A DNA stretch of 41,992 nucleotides, taken from contig JAPEUG010000117.1 of NCBI GenBank assembly GCA_026025795.1, forward strand, positions 1 through 41,992, given 5' to 3'. Source of the DNA: Thelocarpon superellum (Eukaryota). The number at the start of each line of letters is the position of its first letter. Within the stretch, counting starts at the first letter, position 1. Shown in pieces: positions 1 through 12,287 of this stretch. The position numbers and the translations under genes were made by a program. A model generated the notes under the pieces. The model searched no databases. It was not told the DNA's origin and was given only the letters and a program-made list of their open reading frames with translations.

Positions 1-885
1 CGCGCGGCGGGCGTGGCGGTTGTACTCGCACGAATACGCACTACGGCGTCGAAGGTCTACGGTGCCTTGACAAGCGAAGCTCAATCCTGCACTACGCTCC
101 ATCGTCGTCATTGCCCGCCCTACTCATCCGACCGCTTTTCGCGAGGGGCCGGAGCCCCACGCCGATATGGTCGCTGACGGTGTGGAAAGTGCTCGTGGGC
201 TGAGATTGTCGCGAGAGCGTTGCGAGAGTGCGAGCAAGATGAGTTGAGCGCCCAGGGCAGGTCCTTGACCATATCGGCGCGGGGCTCTGGCCCTGGGCGT
301 CCTGGCGCGCCTTCGGCTACTTGTACTCCGTCCTATCGGCGACTGTAGCGGCGGTCGTACGAGATAAGAAGCCGCGCCTCCCCCACCAAAGCGCCACCGA
401 CGCCACTGCGCGACTGATGCCGCCGCTGCACGTGTGCCGTCGCTCAACCTGTGCAGTGCACAATTTCAAGTCGACTTGCAGGGACGAAAGTTCGCAATCC
501 GATGCTCATGAACTGGTCTGCTGCGGCTGCGTTGAAAGTTCATCACGCACTCGCAACGTCACCTGTCTTTTGAGCTTAGAGACCATCCGCTGCCAGTGCG
601 GCCGCGCTGGCTCGCGCTGTACTGCCTTCAGGCGGACTACAAGGGTGGGGTAGATCACTGTTGCTTTCGCCTTCTATTAAAGGGGCATCGCTCATCACCG
701 CTCAGGTATCTGGGCATCTGTGCCGTCAACAGGGAAAAAGCGCTGTTACCATGCCACGCGTTGTTGCTTGTGGGCGCATCAGAAGGAATGTTACAGTGCA
801 GGTCGCCTCACATCTTGACATATGAGAGTGATCAAAGGAGGGACGAGTAGCCGTCGGGTAGTAGAGCATCACTTGCCGCTCGAGC

Positions 886-3089
886 TCAAGATGCTGGTGA
901 GGTGCTGACGGAGGCTTCAAAGTCAACTTTCTTTTCTTCTGGCGGGCTGTGTATGGCGTCTAGCGGCGCCGCGTGCAACGCAGGCTTGTCGCTCTTGCCC
1001 ATGGTGCCACTTCGTCGTCGCTCGATGGCCGTGCCCACCCAGGTGGCCACTTCTTCGTCGGCGGTGTCGGGGAAGCCGTTGCTGGTATGTTCTAATGTCG
1101 TGAACCCGCCCTTCGATCCACTCAAAGGGTCAACGTCGGTGGGTGGTCGCAGGAGCGGGGCCAGCCAGCCATGTCGGAGGAGCATCGCGTATGTGGGCCG
1201 GAGCTTCGGGGTTTTGTGCAGACATCCACGAACAAAGTCACGGGCCGAGGCCGAGTAGCCTTCTGAAGGCAGGTCTGGTGGGTCACCATCGACGATCGCC
1301 TATCTAAACTTAGCCTTCGCCCGCCCGACCCATGTAGGCGGGAAGGAAAACCCACACTTAGCTGGCTAAAGATGTTGTTGTATGTCTCAGGCGGATAGGG
1401 GTAGCGGCCCATGGCACATTCGATGATGGTCAGGCCGAGGCTCCAGATGTCGCTCTGGACGCTGTAGGTGCCCCCGGGGGGGTTGGCACCCGCCTGTGGC
1501 ACGCCCCCGGTGGCGATACGTTCTGGGGCCATATAGCTTTGACAACCGATGTTGGTCTTAGCGATGCTGGCGACCAGATTGCCGCTCACTCCAAAATCGC
1601 AGATCTTGACCTGGCCTCGCGTGTTGACGAGGATATTGGTCGGCTTGACGTCGCGATGGATGATGTTGTGTTCCTCTTTGAGCGCCTTCAGTCCCATGAC
1701 GGTCGATAAGGCAATCTTTCGCAGAATCTGCTCGGGGATGCCATCGCCGTAGAGCTTGTCGATGGAGCCGCCGTCCATGTATTCCATGCAGATGTAGACG
1801 GCTCCCTCTTGAAAGAAGGCCCCGTAAAAGTCGACGATGAAGGGGGAAACACATCGGTGCAGGATGTCTAATTCCATGATGATGGCCGCAAACTTGGCCT
1901 CGTCCAGCTCAAGCCGAATCTCCTTCATGGCCATGATGACGTCCGTCGTATCGCCTTGTATTCGCGGTGCCGTCGCACTTTCCGTTGCTCGCTCGGCCAA
2001 ATCGCCCGTCGTCTCGTTCGTGGCAGGGGCTGTCGACGTGGACGTGGAAGTGGACGTGAGCGCCGCGGGCGCCGAATGTGCGTGGCTCGCTCGATTGCCC
2101 TGAAGTCCCAAGCCTGGCCGGCGCACATGGGGACGGCTGTGACGGACACGGAAGACAGTACCGTAGTTGCCCTTGCCCAGCTCTTCGAGGGTGTCCACCT
2201 CGTCGAGCGAGATGCTGAAACTGCTCCCGCTGGAGAAGTCAACGCCTTTGCCATGAATGACGGCTTTCCCGGCGAACTTCAACGTTCCCGTATTAGTGTC
2301 GACGTATTCGGAGAACTTGTTGAATAGCGAGCCGGCCCCGGTCGCGACCTCGGCTTCTCCACCAGACAGGCCCCCTGATCGAAGTTGGTTGAGGCTCGCC
2401 GGCGCATTCGGATCTCCTGTGCCTGGGCCTTGGCCCGCGCCCCCCGAGGATCCGGTCGAAGGCGGGGGCCCTGGAAGTCCCCCGGGTAGCTTCATCCCGC
2501 GACGAGCTCCAAGGCCCTGCTTCGGCGCGAGTTTCGTTCCAGCCACAGCGGGCGCGGAGGTCCAGTTCTGGGCTTGCGGTCGCAGGCTCGGGGGAAGGTG
2601 TAAGGCGGCAATGCCACCGACCAGGGCCCCAGTCGGTGCTGAGGGGCTGCTCGCTGCTACGATGGGAGAGCCAGCGGTCCCCGCGGCACCAGTTGGAAGC
2701 GTCACAGACCCTCCGCGAACGTCGGCCGCGTTGAGGCTGAGAGCTCCTTGACCCCCGCTAGGCCGACGGGCACTTTGGGCCGGTGGCGTTCCTTGTCGTG
2801 AGAGGTGGAAGGCTTTCATTTTGGCTTGCATGTCTTGCGGGAGTCCACCGCTTCGGGCCCCCGCCAACGTGGGCGGTGGCCTTGGGTGCCGGGCGGCGTT
2901 CAGTGATCCCAGCGGCGTGGAGGACGTTGTCATGAGTGTCGCCGACGGTGGATCCGAGACTGATCGCAGTGGTGACAGTCGAGAGGCCAGGAGGGTCGAC
3001 GGCTCGGAGTTTGGGGGCGTCGACGGAGGATCCGTCGAATCCGAACCCGAGGAGGTCGACGGCGACTTAGAGGGGGGCGAGGATGCCAT
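886..3089 (-). CDS. PBS2: MAP kinase kinase of the HOG osmoregulation pathway (Pbs2/Wis1), 2 exons (3089-1356, 1299-886), ~715 aa
   Basis: Kinase motifs LGKGNYGTV, AMKEIRL, HRDVKPTN, DFGVSGNLVASIAKTNIGCQSYMAPER (Pbs2-type SIAKT activation loop). GT..AG intron 1355-1300 restores FSQLS-AIVDGDPPDLP and joins ORF 886..1185 in frame. Confidence 0.95.
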
Positions 3090-4841
3090 GACCAGCGATG
3101 CAGCAGGGGATTCGTCCCGCGATGAGCCACCTCAGTAACTAGACAGTGGGGTGGACTGCTCGTCACGTCGAGTGGGGCGGACGAAGCCGCAGGAGGCGAT
3201 GAGAGGCCAAAGGCGGACACAAGCGCTGCGTCCCACGACAAGGATCATACAGTACTTGGCCAACCTGCACCAATGTCGGGGCGTCACATCGACGCTCACA
3301 AAGCGACGCGTAACGTGGTGCGGGTCACCGGGTGGAAGAAGGGGTGGAGACGTCACTCATATCGAGCAGTCAACGCATCGCCGAACGGAAGGTTACTTGC
3401 GCATTTGCGAGTTCTGACTGTCGATGGGATGGTGTTGTGGGCGGCGACTTGGACAGCTTGGAAAGGCGCCTCATACGGTAAAGTATCGTGAAGTGCTCGG
3501 GAAAAAGCACGGTCGGCTGGATGACGAGCTGGAGCAGAAGATCGTTTGCGCTGACGCAATGACATGGTACTTTTCTACTCGAGTACTGGAAGGGAGAATG
3601 CCATCTGCGCCCGTATGCCTACACTAGCAGCGTGTGCCGGCCGTTTCATATGCAGTTCAACGGGCGGACTCTAAAAGCGGATTGCCTCCAAGCAATCTAC
3701 GACACCATCTCTCGAAAATCAGCGTCGTTCCCATCCCTTAATTCAGCCTCTCAACTGGGAGATAAAGTGGCGGGTGCTGGGAGCTAAGAGGGTTTTAGAG
3801 GTCAGCCATGAAGCTCTCCCTTCACACTGTCGATTTCTTAACCAGGGATCTTGTGCCGTTGAATATGGCGAGTCGCACGTCGCTTGTCGTTTGTCTTCCG
3901 AGTGGTGGCGGCCTAACGGTAATATGCCGATCGCCATCGCTAACTTCTAGGAGAGGGAAGATTAGCTCGTTGATTGAAGTAGGTGTCGTGCCCTCCTAAG
4001 CCTAGCACCTACTAATGCTCGAGGGATTCACCTGTGGCCGGCGCATTGAGGACTCGGCAGGTGTGGCTGCACATCATGGTGCGGCTCGAATGGTGCGGCT
4101 TGAGAGGGCCTGAGCCGTGACATTCCCTCCCTCAAGGCACAATGTCCATTCATCTTGATTCGGGTGAATCGGGTATACTTGGATGCGAATTCCGACAGTC
4201 GCCAATAATGACGGACTATTGGTGCTGGGGGCTGTAGAGTTGGGGAGGGCGTGGCCTAAATGCTCACGGCGTTCGGGGCGTGGGGTAATTGGATTCCGAC
4301 CGGATTCAAGGTTTCCCTTGGGACGAAAGCATTGAGAATACAGGCAGGCGGCGCGGATTGACTTGAAATATTCAAACCAAGGCAGAGCGTGCTTTACTTG
4401 CGCTGTGGACCCGACGTAGCGCCACATCATCCGCTGGCGGCTCTAGCTAACGGAACAGCGACTACGGCGTACTGTAACTACTAGTAGTACGCCGTTACCG
4501 CAAATGATACGAAGCAACTTCGCCATCTAAGCCCACGCAAGCGCTCGCCATCACACGAGACCTACGTGGAACGAGCAGGACCCCGTAGTTCCTCCGGATG
4601 TTGCAAGCGAAGCTCGTCCTAACTGTCGCTCGCCGGGCCGGCCAAGCCGCAATAAATCTTCTCATCTTTCCCTCGCCCATCCATCATTAACCTCGCCTGG
4701 CCCGAGGAGCGACGTTGGCATGGGCAGATGTGAGCGCTGAGTGTGCTGCCACCGTGAGAAGCTCGCTGGCAGTGGCCAAGCTCTGGATCTTTCTTCCCCT
4801 TGTCGCTTTTGCCACCGGGTTCGGCGGATCGCGTCATCGCC

Positions 4842-6841
4842 ATGTCGATTCTGTTCGATCCCTCCTACCGGGTTCATGGCAACATGGTATCGCCGTGCCT
4901 CGCCGATTACAGCGTCTCCACCCTCGGTCTCAACTATGCCCCGCCGCACTCCTCACATCCTGCCTTTGGGCACCTGATTTTACTCGTATTCGAGGCGGTT
5001 CTGGAGGTCGTTTGCGTCAGCGCGCCAGGATACATCATCGCCCGACAGGGCGGCTTCAGCGCCGAGATGCAGAAATTCGTGGCCAATCTCAACGTGGCCC
5101 TCTTCACCCCCTGTCTGAGTATGGCGGCTCCTCGCGAAAGACAACTGATCGATGCAAAGGCTGACGATGACGCAGTCTTTACCAAGTTGGCCTCGCAGCT
5201 CACGCCAGGCAAGCTGGCAGAGCTCGCGGTGATTCCAGCCATTTTCGTCGTCCAGACGCTCGTCTCTTATCTCTGCTCTGTCCTCGTCTCACGCATGTTT
5301 GGCTTCAAGAAACGGCCTCAGAACTTCGTCATCGCGATGGGGGTGAGTGCCATTTCGCTTCCCCCTTGCCCTCCCCTTCCCTGTCTGGGTGATGGGTCGC
5401 TAATGGAAGTCACCCCCTAGGTCTTTGGCAATTCCAACTCACTTCCCATCTCGCTCGTCATCTCTTTGTCACAAACTCTCAAGGGGCTCCATTGGGATAA
5501 GATCCCGGGCGACAACGACGATGAGGTCGCGGCTCGGGGCATTCTGTACCTTTTGATTTTTCAACAACTCGGGCAGCTGGTGCGGTGGAGCTGGGGCTAT
5601 CACGTCTTACTAGCGCCGCCTGACAAGTTCGATGACGAGGATCAGTACACGAGTGCGCGGATCGAGCAAGGAGAAGGTCGTTACCGAGACGAGAGCGACT
5701 CGGAGGGGGAAGAGGAGGAAGATGACGACGTGCCTCTCTTGGAGGATGATGCCGACAGCGATCCCGCCCTAACGCCAGCGCGTCTCTCCCCTGGCCGCGA
5801 GAACGGGAGCAAGCGACCTCACGATAGCCCTCGTACCGAATCGGAGTTTGCTTCGGGGGAAGAGACCCCAGTAACACGAGCGCCTTACACGTCCTCGGTC
5901 TCCTCTGTCAAATCGACAGGCAAGGACCTATCGAATGGTCAAGGACCGGTCCTTTCAACGCCGGCGCAAGGCAACATGTTACCGACCGACGGATCGAATA
6001 GGCACATTACGTCCTTTCCGAGTATCACGTCGCCGGCGGCGCGTGAGGGTGAAGACCCTTTTGAGGAGGGGATCACGTGGCAGGCTCGCATCAACCGTCG
6101 TGTCCGTCACGCCCTACGCACGGCCCAGCAGGGGGTGCGTGGTGCGGGTCTGCGATCTTTCCAGGCACTGCCCCCTTCGATCCAAGGATTCCTGAAGACG
6201 ACAGGCTGGGTACTCTGGCGTTTCGGCGCGGGGTTCTGGGACTTCATGAACCCGCCACTGTGGGCGATGCTGGCAGCCATCATCGTGGCCTCAATTCCGG
6301 CGCTGCAACAACTCTTCTTCACCCAAGACTCCTTCATCCAGAATTCAGTGACGCGTGCCGTGAGCCAGAGTGGGGGGGTGGCGGTACCGCTCATTCTTGT
6401 GGTGCTCGGGGCCAATTTGGCACGGAACACGCTCCCGGCCGAGGCACGACATCCCAGCGAGGATGACCAGCTCGAGACGCGCTTGCTCATCGCCTCCATC
6501 GTCAGTCGCATGCTGTTGCCGACGATCGTAATGGCACCGTTGCTGGCTCTCGCGGCCAAATATATCCCGATCAGCATCCTGGACGACCCCATTTTCGTCA
6601 TTGTGTGCTTCCTGCTCACTGGGGCTCCGAGTGCGCTGCAACTGGCGCAGATCTGCCAGATCAATGGCGTGTACGAAGGTGTCATGTCGCGACTCCTCTT
6701 CCAGAGCTATGTCATCTGGTACGTGCCCTCGTGATGCTCGCTGATGAGCGTCAAGTCCTGACTGGCCGTAGGATTCTCCCGTCGACGCTCGTGCTGGTCA
6801 TGTGCGCGCTCGAAGTGGTCGAGTGGGCCAACGGTGGCTAA
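4842..6841 (+). CDS. Auxin efflux carrier (Mem_trans/PIN-LIKES) family membrane transporter, 4 exons, ~603 aa
   Basis: Motifs LFTPCLIFTKL, FGNSNSLP, NPPLWAML, VPLILVVLGANL, DDPIFVIVCFLLTGAPSALQLAQICQ around a central hydrophilic loop. Introns 5119-5175, 5343-5420 and 6719-6771 give a continuous frame. Confidence 0.9.
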
Positions 6842-7801
6842 CGCGATACGGTTTCTCCGTTGCGGAGAAGCATCATGAGCATGACGTCCCTTTGCTAGTT
6901 ACTAGAGCGAGGCGTTCGGGTCGAATCACGGCGAAATTCAATTTTCCGGCGACGCGAATACACACGTACATACATTGGGTCCGCCAGTGGTGGGTTTTGC
7001 TAGAGCAGCTGCCTAGATAATACTGCTGCGCAAGCGAAAAGCATGGATGCTGAGGGTGGCGACGGGCCGCGACGGGCCGCGACAGCGTCGCTAGGTTGTT
7101 GCCACTCTCCCTTTGGATCCTACTGCGATACTGGTAAATGTTGGCGGCATCATTCCTCGTCGACTCTAAGATCTTCGAGGCCAGAAGTCCGGAAGCCCCC
7201 ACCTCATGATCAAATTACGTTGTTCGAGCCGGCGTTCTATGCCGCATTTGCACGCGCCTGAGTACGAGACTGCTGTTCTCACTTGCCCCTCGGAGACATC
7301 CTTGATCCCGGAAGGGCTGCTGGTTCGGGCTTTCCGCTGCGGTTTTATGCCTCGTATGCATCTCGCCAAAGCCCGGCGCAAAGCTCAAACAACTCGCCAA
7401 CTACCCGTATAACTACTTGACCATAACATAGGACGTTATACATCGTCCTATCTACACCATTCCAACTCGGGTCGTGCATGATCTCATGATACTTCGAGGT
7501 CCCCGATCTCTTGTTCCTTCTATCTAGAGTTCGTCTCAAGTCTCACAACGAATTAAGATGCTGCGTATACTTGGCACAGTTACCAGTGTTTAAGCGCAGA
7601 TGGATGCACACATGGGCGAGATTTCGTGGGCGAGATTTCCTCCAGGTGAATGGTCAATTCTAATGGAGCGTCTGGTGTAAGTACCGTGCCTGGATCTCTT
7701 CATCTTGACCTCCAATCGATCCATCTCCTTCCCGTAACATCTCCTTTAGCTCCTCGACTCATACGTTCCACATTCATCTCGAGTTAGTCGGCCGCGGAAA
7801 C

Positions 7802-8676
7802 ATGTTGCTGAGGCTCTTGGCGCTAGGTGCCTGCGTTGGTGCGACGGCGATCCAAGAGCGTCAGCCAGAGCCGTCGAGCCCAACCGACCAGTTCAGCCAT
7901 GGAGCGTTCAGGTCGGAGGTGCATTATGTCCAGGATGCTGCCTTGCAGCAGGCCAATTTCACGCCGCCACTCACCACGGATGGCACGCCGCAATATTGGG
8001 TATATTGTACGCAACCTTGAGCCGGGTGACAGCTCTACTGCCTGTCCTTGCGTTCGCTTCTCTACTGAGCCTTGCTGATCGAGTCGTGCTATCTAGATCA
8101 TAACAATGCCGCCGGGCCAGCGAAGGAGAGCGAGCTCAATGCCGACCAGTCTTTCTGGTTCAGGGGTGCTCCAGACAACAAAACCTTGTGGACCCAAGGC
8201 TTGCTCGACCAGCACAGCGTGATTGGCTATGGCCACGCCGGATTTCTTGCATTTCCGGCCCGTCCCCCTGGCTCCACGGACGACGTCATCCCCGCCGTCC
8301 CGTCGGGCACGGATGTTTAGTGCGTTTGCATCCGAGGGAGATTCGCTGTTATGCTCTGCCTCCAGGTGCATTGCAGCTACCAAATCGATGACGAGGATAA
8401 GCTCGTCCTTGCCAATGGCAATCCACTTGGCTTCTCGCGTGAGTCTCGCTCCCAGTGTTCCTGGCCCTCGGTCTTCTTGTTGCCAGCCTGGCTCGTGATC
8501 GACACGAACCTGCTCTCAACCACTCTATGAATGCTGACACCGGTCTGTTCCCAGGAGTGTGCCAGAATCATTACCCGGGCGAGCCGACGTGGATCTTCCA
8601 CGATATTTTCCCGCCGCGGGCGTCCGATGCTACGAACCAGTGCATCAGCATCGACCTCAAGCTTGTCACCGTGTAA
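7802..8676 (+). CDS. Small secreted hypothetical protein, 4 exons (7802-8006, 8097-8319, 8377-8438, 8555-8676), ~203 aa
   Basis: Signal-peptide-like start MLLRLLALGACVGATA. Three canonical introns (donors gtacgc, gtgcgt, gtgagt) join short ORFs into one open frame ending CISIDLKLVTV*. Confidence 0.72.
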
Positions 8677-9860
8677 ATACGTTTGTAGATGCGGACGCAG
8701 AAAGCCGGCTCACTAGCCTTGTCACCATTTCGCTCTCTCTGGCGGTTGGGTAGCCGCTCTGCTTCCCTCAGCTTCGATTGTATGGCACAATGGAGCGGGA
8801 AGAAGAGCAGCAACCAACATTGAACGCACCTTAATATCACTACCTTTCTCGTCAAGCGGCGGTTCATCTTTGAAATGTCGTAGGGACACCGGGTGGAGCA
8901 TCCAGCAGATTCACTTGAATAGCACTGCCAGAGACGCGGTGGACTCTTGTGTTCGGCAATTTATCCAGTTAACCGCTCTCTGGATGTACGAAGTACGAGT
9001 ACGGAATGCTTACATACTTACTAATCAGTAATGAAGCTACGGCACAAATTGCCGAGCTCTCCCGATCATTTTGAGCGGATGATAAGGTAAGGACGTCCAG
9101 TAACATTAGTTAAGAACGGTGGCACTAGCAAACGCACCTCGGGCGATGAAGACGGCATGTCCAAACTCTCAAGACACAATGGTTGGGAAGTAGATAAGAC
9201 CAATTGACTTGACGTGCATGCCAATGCGATCTAGTAGACACGCACATACCAGCATCTAGTGTGAAGTGGCGTCTCCTTGCCACAGACCCTCTCCATGACA
9301 CCTGGTCTCCCCAGCGTCGCACCTGTCTAACGTCTTGCTCAAGGTGGCTGCAGTGGTGACAAGTGGAAGAGGGTGTTGCGAGATTTCTTCCACGAATGTC
9401 CTACAATTCAACGACTTCTGAAATATCCAAGGTAAGTGACACAATGCTCCTTTCATTTACGCCTTTGAATGGTTGTGGTGTTGCAACAAGTACATGTCTA
9501 TGTTCATCTCGTCACTGAAACCGATGTCTTTGTTCCTGTCTCCTACAGCCAGCACATCCCAGCTTCCATCTTCACTCCGTTGAAACCCTACCTTGATGTC
9601 TTCGCCTAGTGCTGTCCAAAATCACAACAAGCAACAACCTCGGCTTTCGACTACTCCTCCACTGCATGCTGGTGGCCTCTCACCGCTCTTGCTCTCGCGC
9701 TGACCAGCCCATCGCCCTCCAATGCACATGTCTCGGGGCGAGAATATACTGCAGCTGACCTCTTGTTGATAGTGTTTCACTAGCTGCATTTGATAACAAG
9801 AGACAACCATCACGTCGTGTCCCCGTCAGGGGTGGCTTGTCACTTGTGTTGTAGCTAACC

Positions 9861-12146
9861 ATGTCAACCTCAACACCGTCACTCCGCTCGCGTGCCAGTC
9901 GTAGCAGCTGTGATTCTGCCCACAGGGCTGGGCAGCGCGATGCGTACGCCGGTCACAGCGCTGAAGTTCAGCCGCCAAGTCTCCACGAGCACCACCCTCC
10001 TCGCCCCGGGCTTATGGCTCAAGTTCTGGAGTGGGTCCAGCAAGAGAGACGGAGACGGCGAGGTCGGAAGTCGACGATGAAGCATCACACAAGCACTGCC
10101 GGTCCAGAGCAGGGCCCAGCACGCGCCAATGGGCATATCGCGTCCTTGACCACGAACGAGCCTGCTCGTTCTCGCTCGGTGTCCAACAGCTCGGGAGGGT
10201 CGACGGCCCTTGCGCAGCTCGAGCAAATTTTAACGGGCGAACACGACACACTTCCAACGCGACCAAAGCATATCACCGCCAGGCGCCCTTCACACCCAAG
10301 TCGCCGACGGCTGTCGAATGCGCGGAAATTAACGCGTGGCTCTACAGGCGGGTCGTCGGACAGCGATCTCCATGAGATCGACACCCTCGTCCCTAGCTGC
10401 GATGCGATCCTCGACAACTCAAAGACCCTGGGCTTTCATGGGGGTTCGTCGGGGCCAGACCGGTTGATCAAGGAACGGGATGCTTGGAATTCCTTCCGAT
10501 ACGAAATCCTCCGTCTCGCTCACACCTTGAAACTCAAAGGGTGGAGGAGCGTGCCCCTCGACCGCGCGTCGGAGATCGAAGTGACCCGATTGAGTGGTGC
10601 CTTGACCAACGCCGTGTACCTCGTATTTCCACCTCTAGATTTCCGCTCACATACGACGGACGTATCGGAAGAGGGGAGACCCAGGGCGTACAAGAAGCCC
10701 CCACAGTGAGTGCTTCCACCCCGTGGACACGATCAGTCGAAGATGCTAAAAGGGTAGAAAACTTCTGCTGCGCATCTACGGCCCGCAAGTGGACGAGTTG
10801 ATCGATCGTGACTATGAGTTGCAAGTCCTCCGTCGTCTCGCCCGACAGCGGATTGGCCCTCGACTACTGGGAACGTTCTTGAACGGTCGTTTCGAGCAGT
10901 TTCTTAACGCTCAGACCTTGACTGCACGCGATCTCCGTGCTCCCGACACCTCGAAACAGATTGCCAAACGAATGCGCGAGCTTCATGACGGGATCGAACT
11001 CCTTAAAGAGGAACGGGATGCAGGCCCTTTTGTCTGGCGGAACTGGGACAACTGGGTGGATAAGGTGGATCCCGTGGCTCGATGGCTGGACAAACAGGTC
11101 AACGACCATACTCTGGGATCGACAAAAGCTCACCGGGACGCGTGGAAAGATCGCGGCTTCGTCTGCGGCGTCGAATGGCCCGTCTTCCGGGACACGGTAC
11201 GGCAGTACCGGACGTGGATGGAGAACAGGTATGGGGGACCGGGCAAGGTTCGCGAGAAGCTCGTCTTTGCACATAACGATGTGGGTGGTATGAAAGCGCA
11301 GGTGCTGGGATAGAGTCGGCTGACATGCTGGAGACCCAATATGGCAACCTCCTTCGTCTTCAACCGAGCGGAGAATCGCCGCTCCTCTTACCTGCCAACG
11401 AACATAAGCAGCTCGTTGTCATCGACTTCGAGTATGCTTCCGCCAACCTCCCGGGCCTGGAGTTTGCCAATCACTTCGTGGGATAAACCCAGAACTTGAC
11501 ATTCTCGGTACTTGCCTGACAGTGACTACAGACGGAGTGGTGTTATGACTATACTGACCCGAAGAGACCGTATGCCTTGAACCACGGGCGATATCCAACG
11601 CCAGAAGAGCAGAGAAGATTTGTTAGGGCATACGTGGAGCATACTCCCTTCCAGACACGCCCCGCCACGAGCCCATCATCTCCCCCACCCAGTACCGGAC
11701 CCTCCAATTCCATCTCTGCCTTTATGCTCGATAGCCGAGCCTCGGCACCGCAGATCATCAAGGAAGAGGCAGAGCGCGAACAATCCAGCGACGACGCGAT
11801 CAAAGAATATCTACATGATACCCAGCTCTGGAGGCTGGCCAACTCGGCGCAATGGATCGCGTGGGGTATCTTGCAGGCACAGACAGGCATGCCAGACGAG
11901 GGTCTGAGCTCGAAAGATGCACCGAACCCCTGCCCGACGGACCACACCGAGCCGAGTGGGACGGACTATGGACCGGACGCGTCACTCACTCGAGTTGAGG
12001 AAGAGTCTCGTGACGAGTTCGACTACCTCAGCTACGCGCAAGAACGGGCCCTGTTTTTCTGGGGTGATATTGTCCGCCTTGGTATTCGTCCAGCCCGCGA
12101 TCTCCCCGCCGAACTTCTGCCGAAGCTGAAGATCGTCGACCATTGA
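9861..12146 (+). CDS. CKI1: Choline/ethanolamine kinase, 4 exons, ~708 aa (5' end uncertain)
   Basis: Motifs RLSGALTNAVY, LLLRIYG, GRFEQFL, Brenner motif FAHNDTQYGNLL, VIDFEYA, ANHFTEWCYDY. Introns 10706-10757, 11281-11333 and 11478-11531. Confidence 0.92.
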
Positions 12147-12287
12147 TCGTGATGCTTCCGACAAGTCGTTGGAGCAGAACAACGCTGGCGCTCGATATCG
12201 ATACAGATAGTACAGCAATCCATGCCAGCTCAGGGCGCACCCTCTGTGTTATGAAACTTGGCCGATGATGCCGCCCCCAATGGCTGG

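Noticed and set aside
1..111. Minus-strand ATGACGACGATG (MTTM...) resembling the start of fungal casein kinase I
   Set aside because: No GT donor follows and the continuing frame has no kinase similarity; it cannot be supported at the window edge.
4074..4430. 118-aa minus-strand ORF in the PBS2 upstream region
   Set aside because: No recognisable domain or convincing exon structure; probably a chance ORF.
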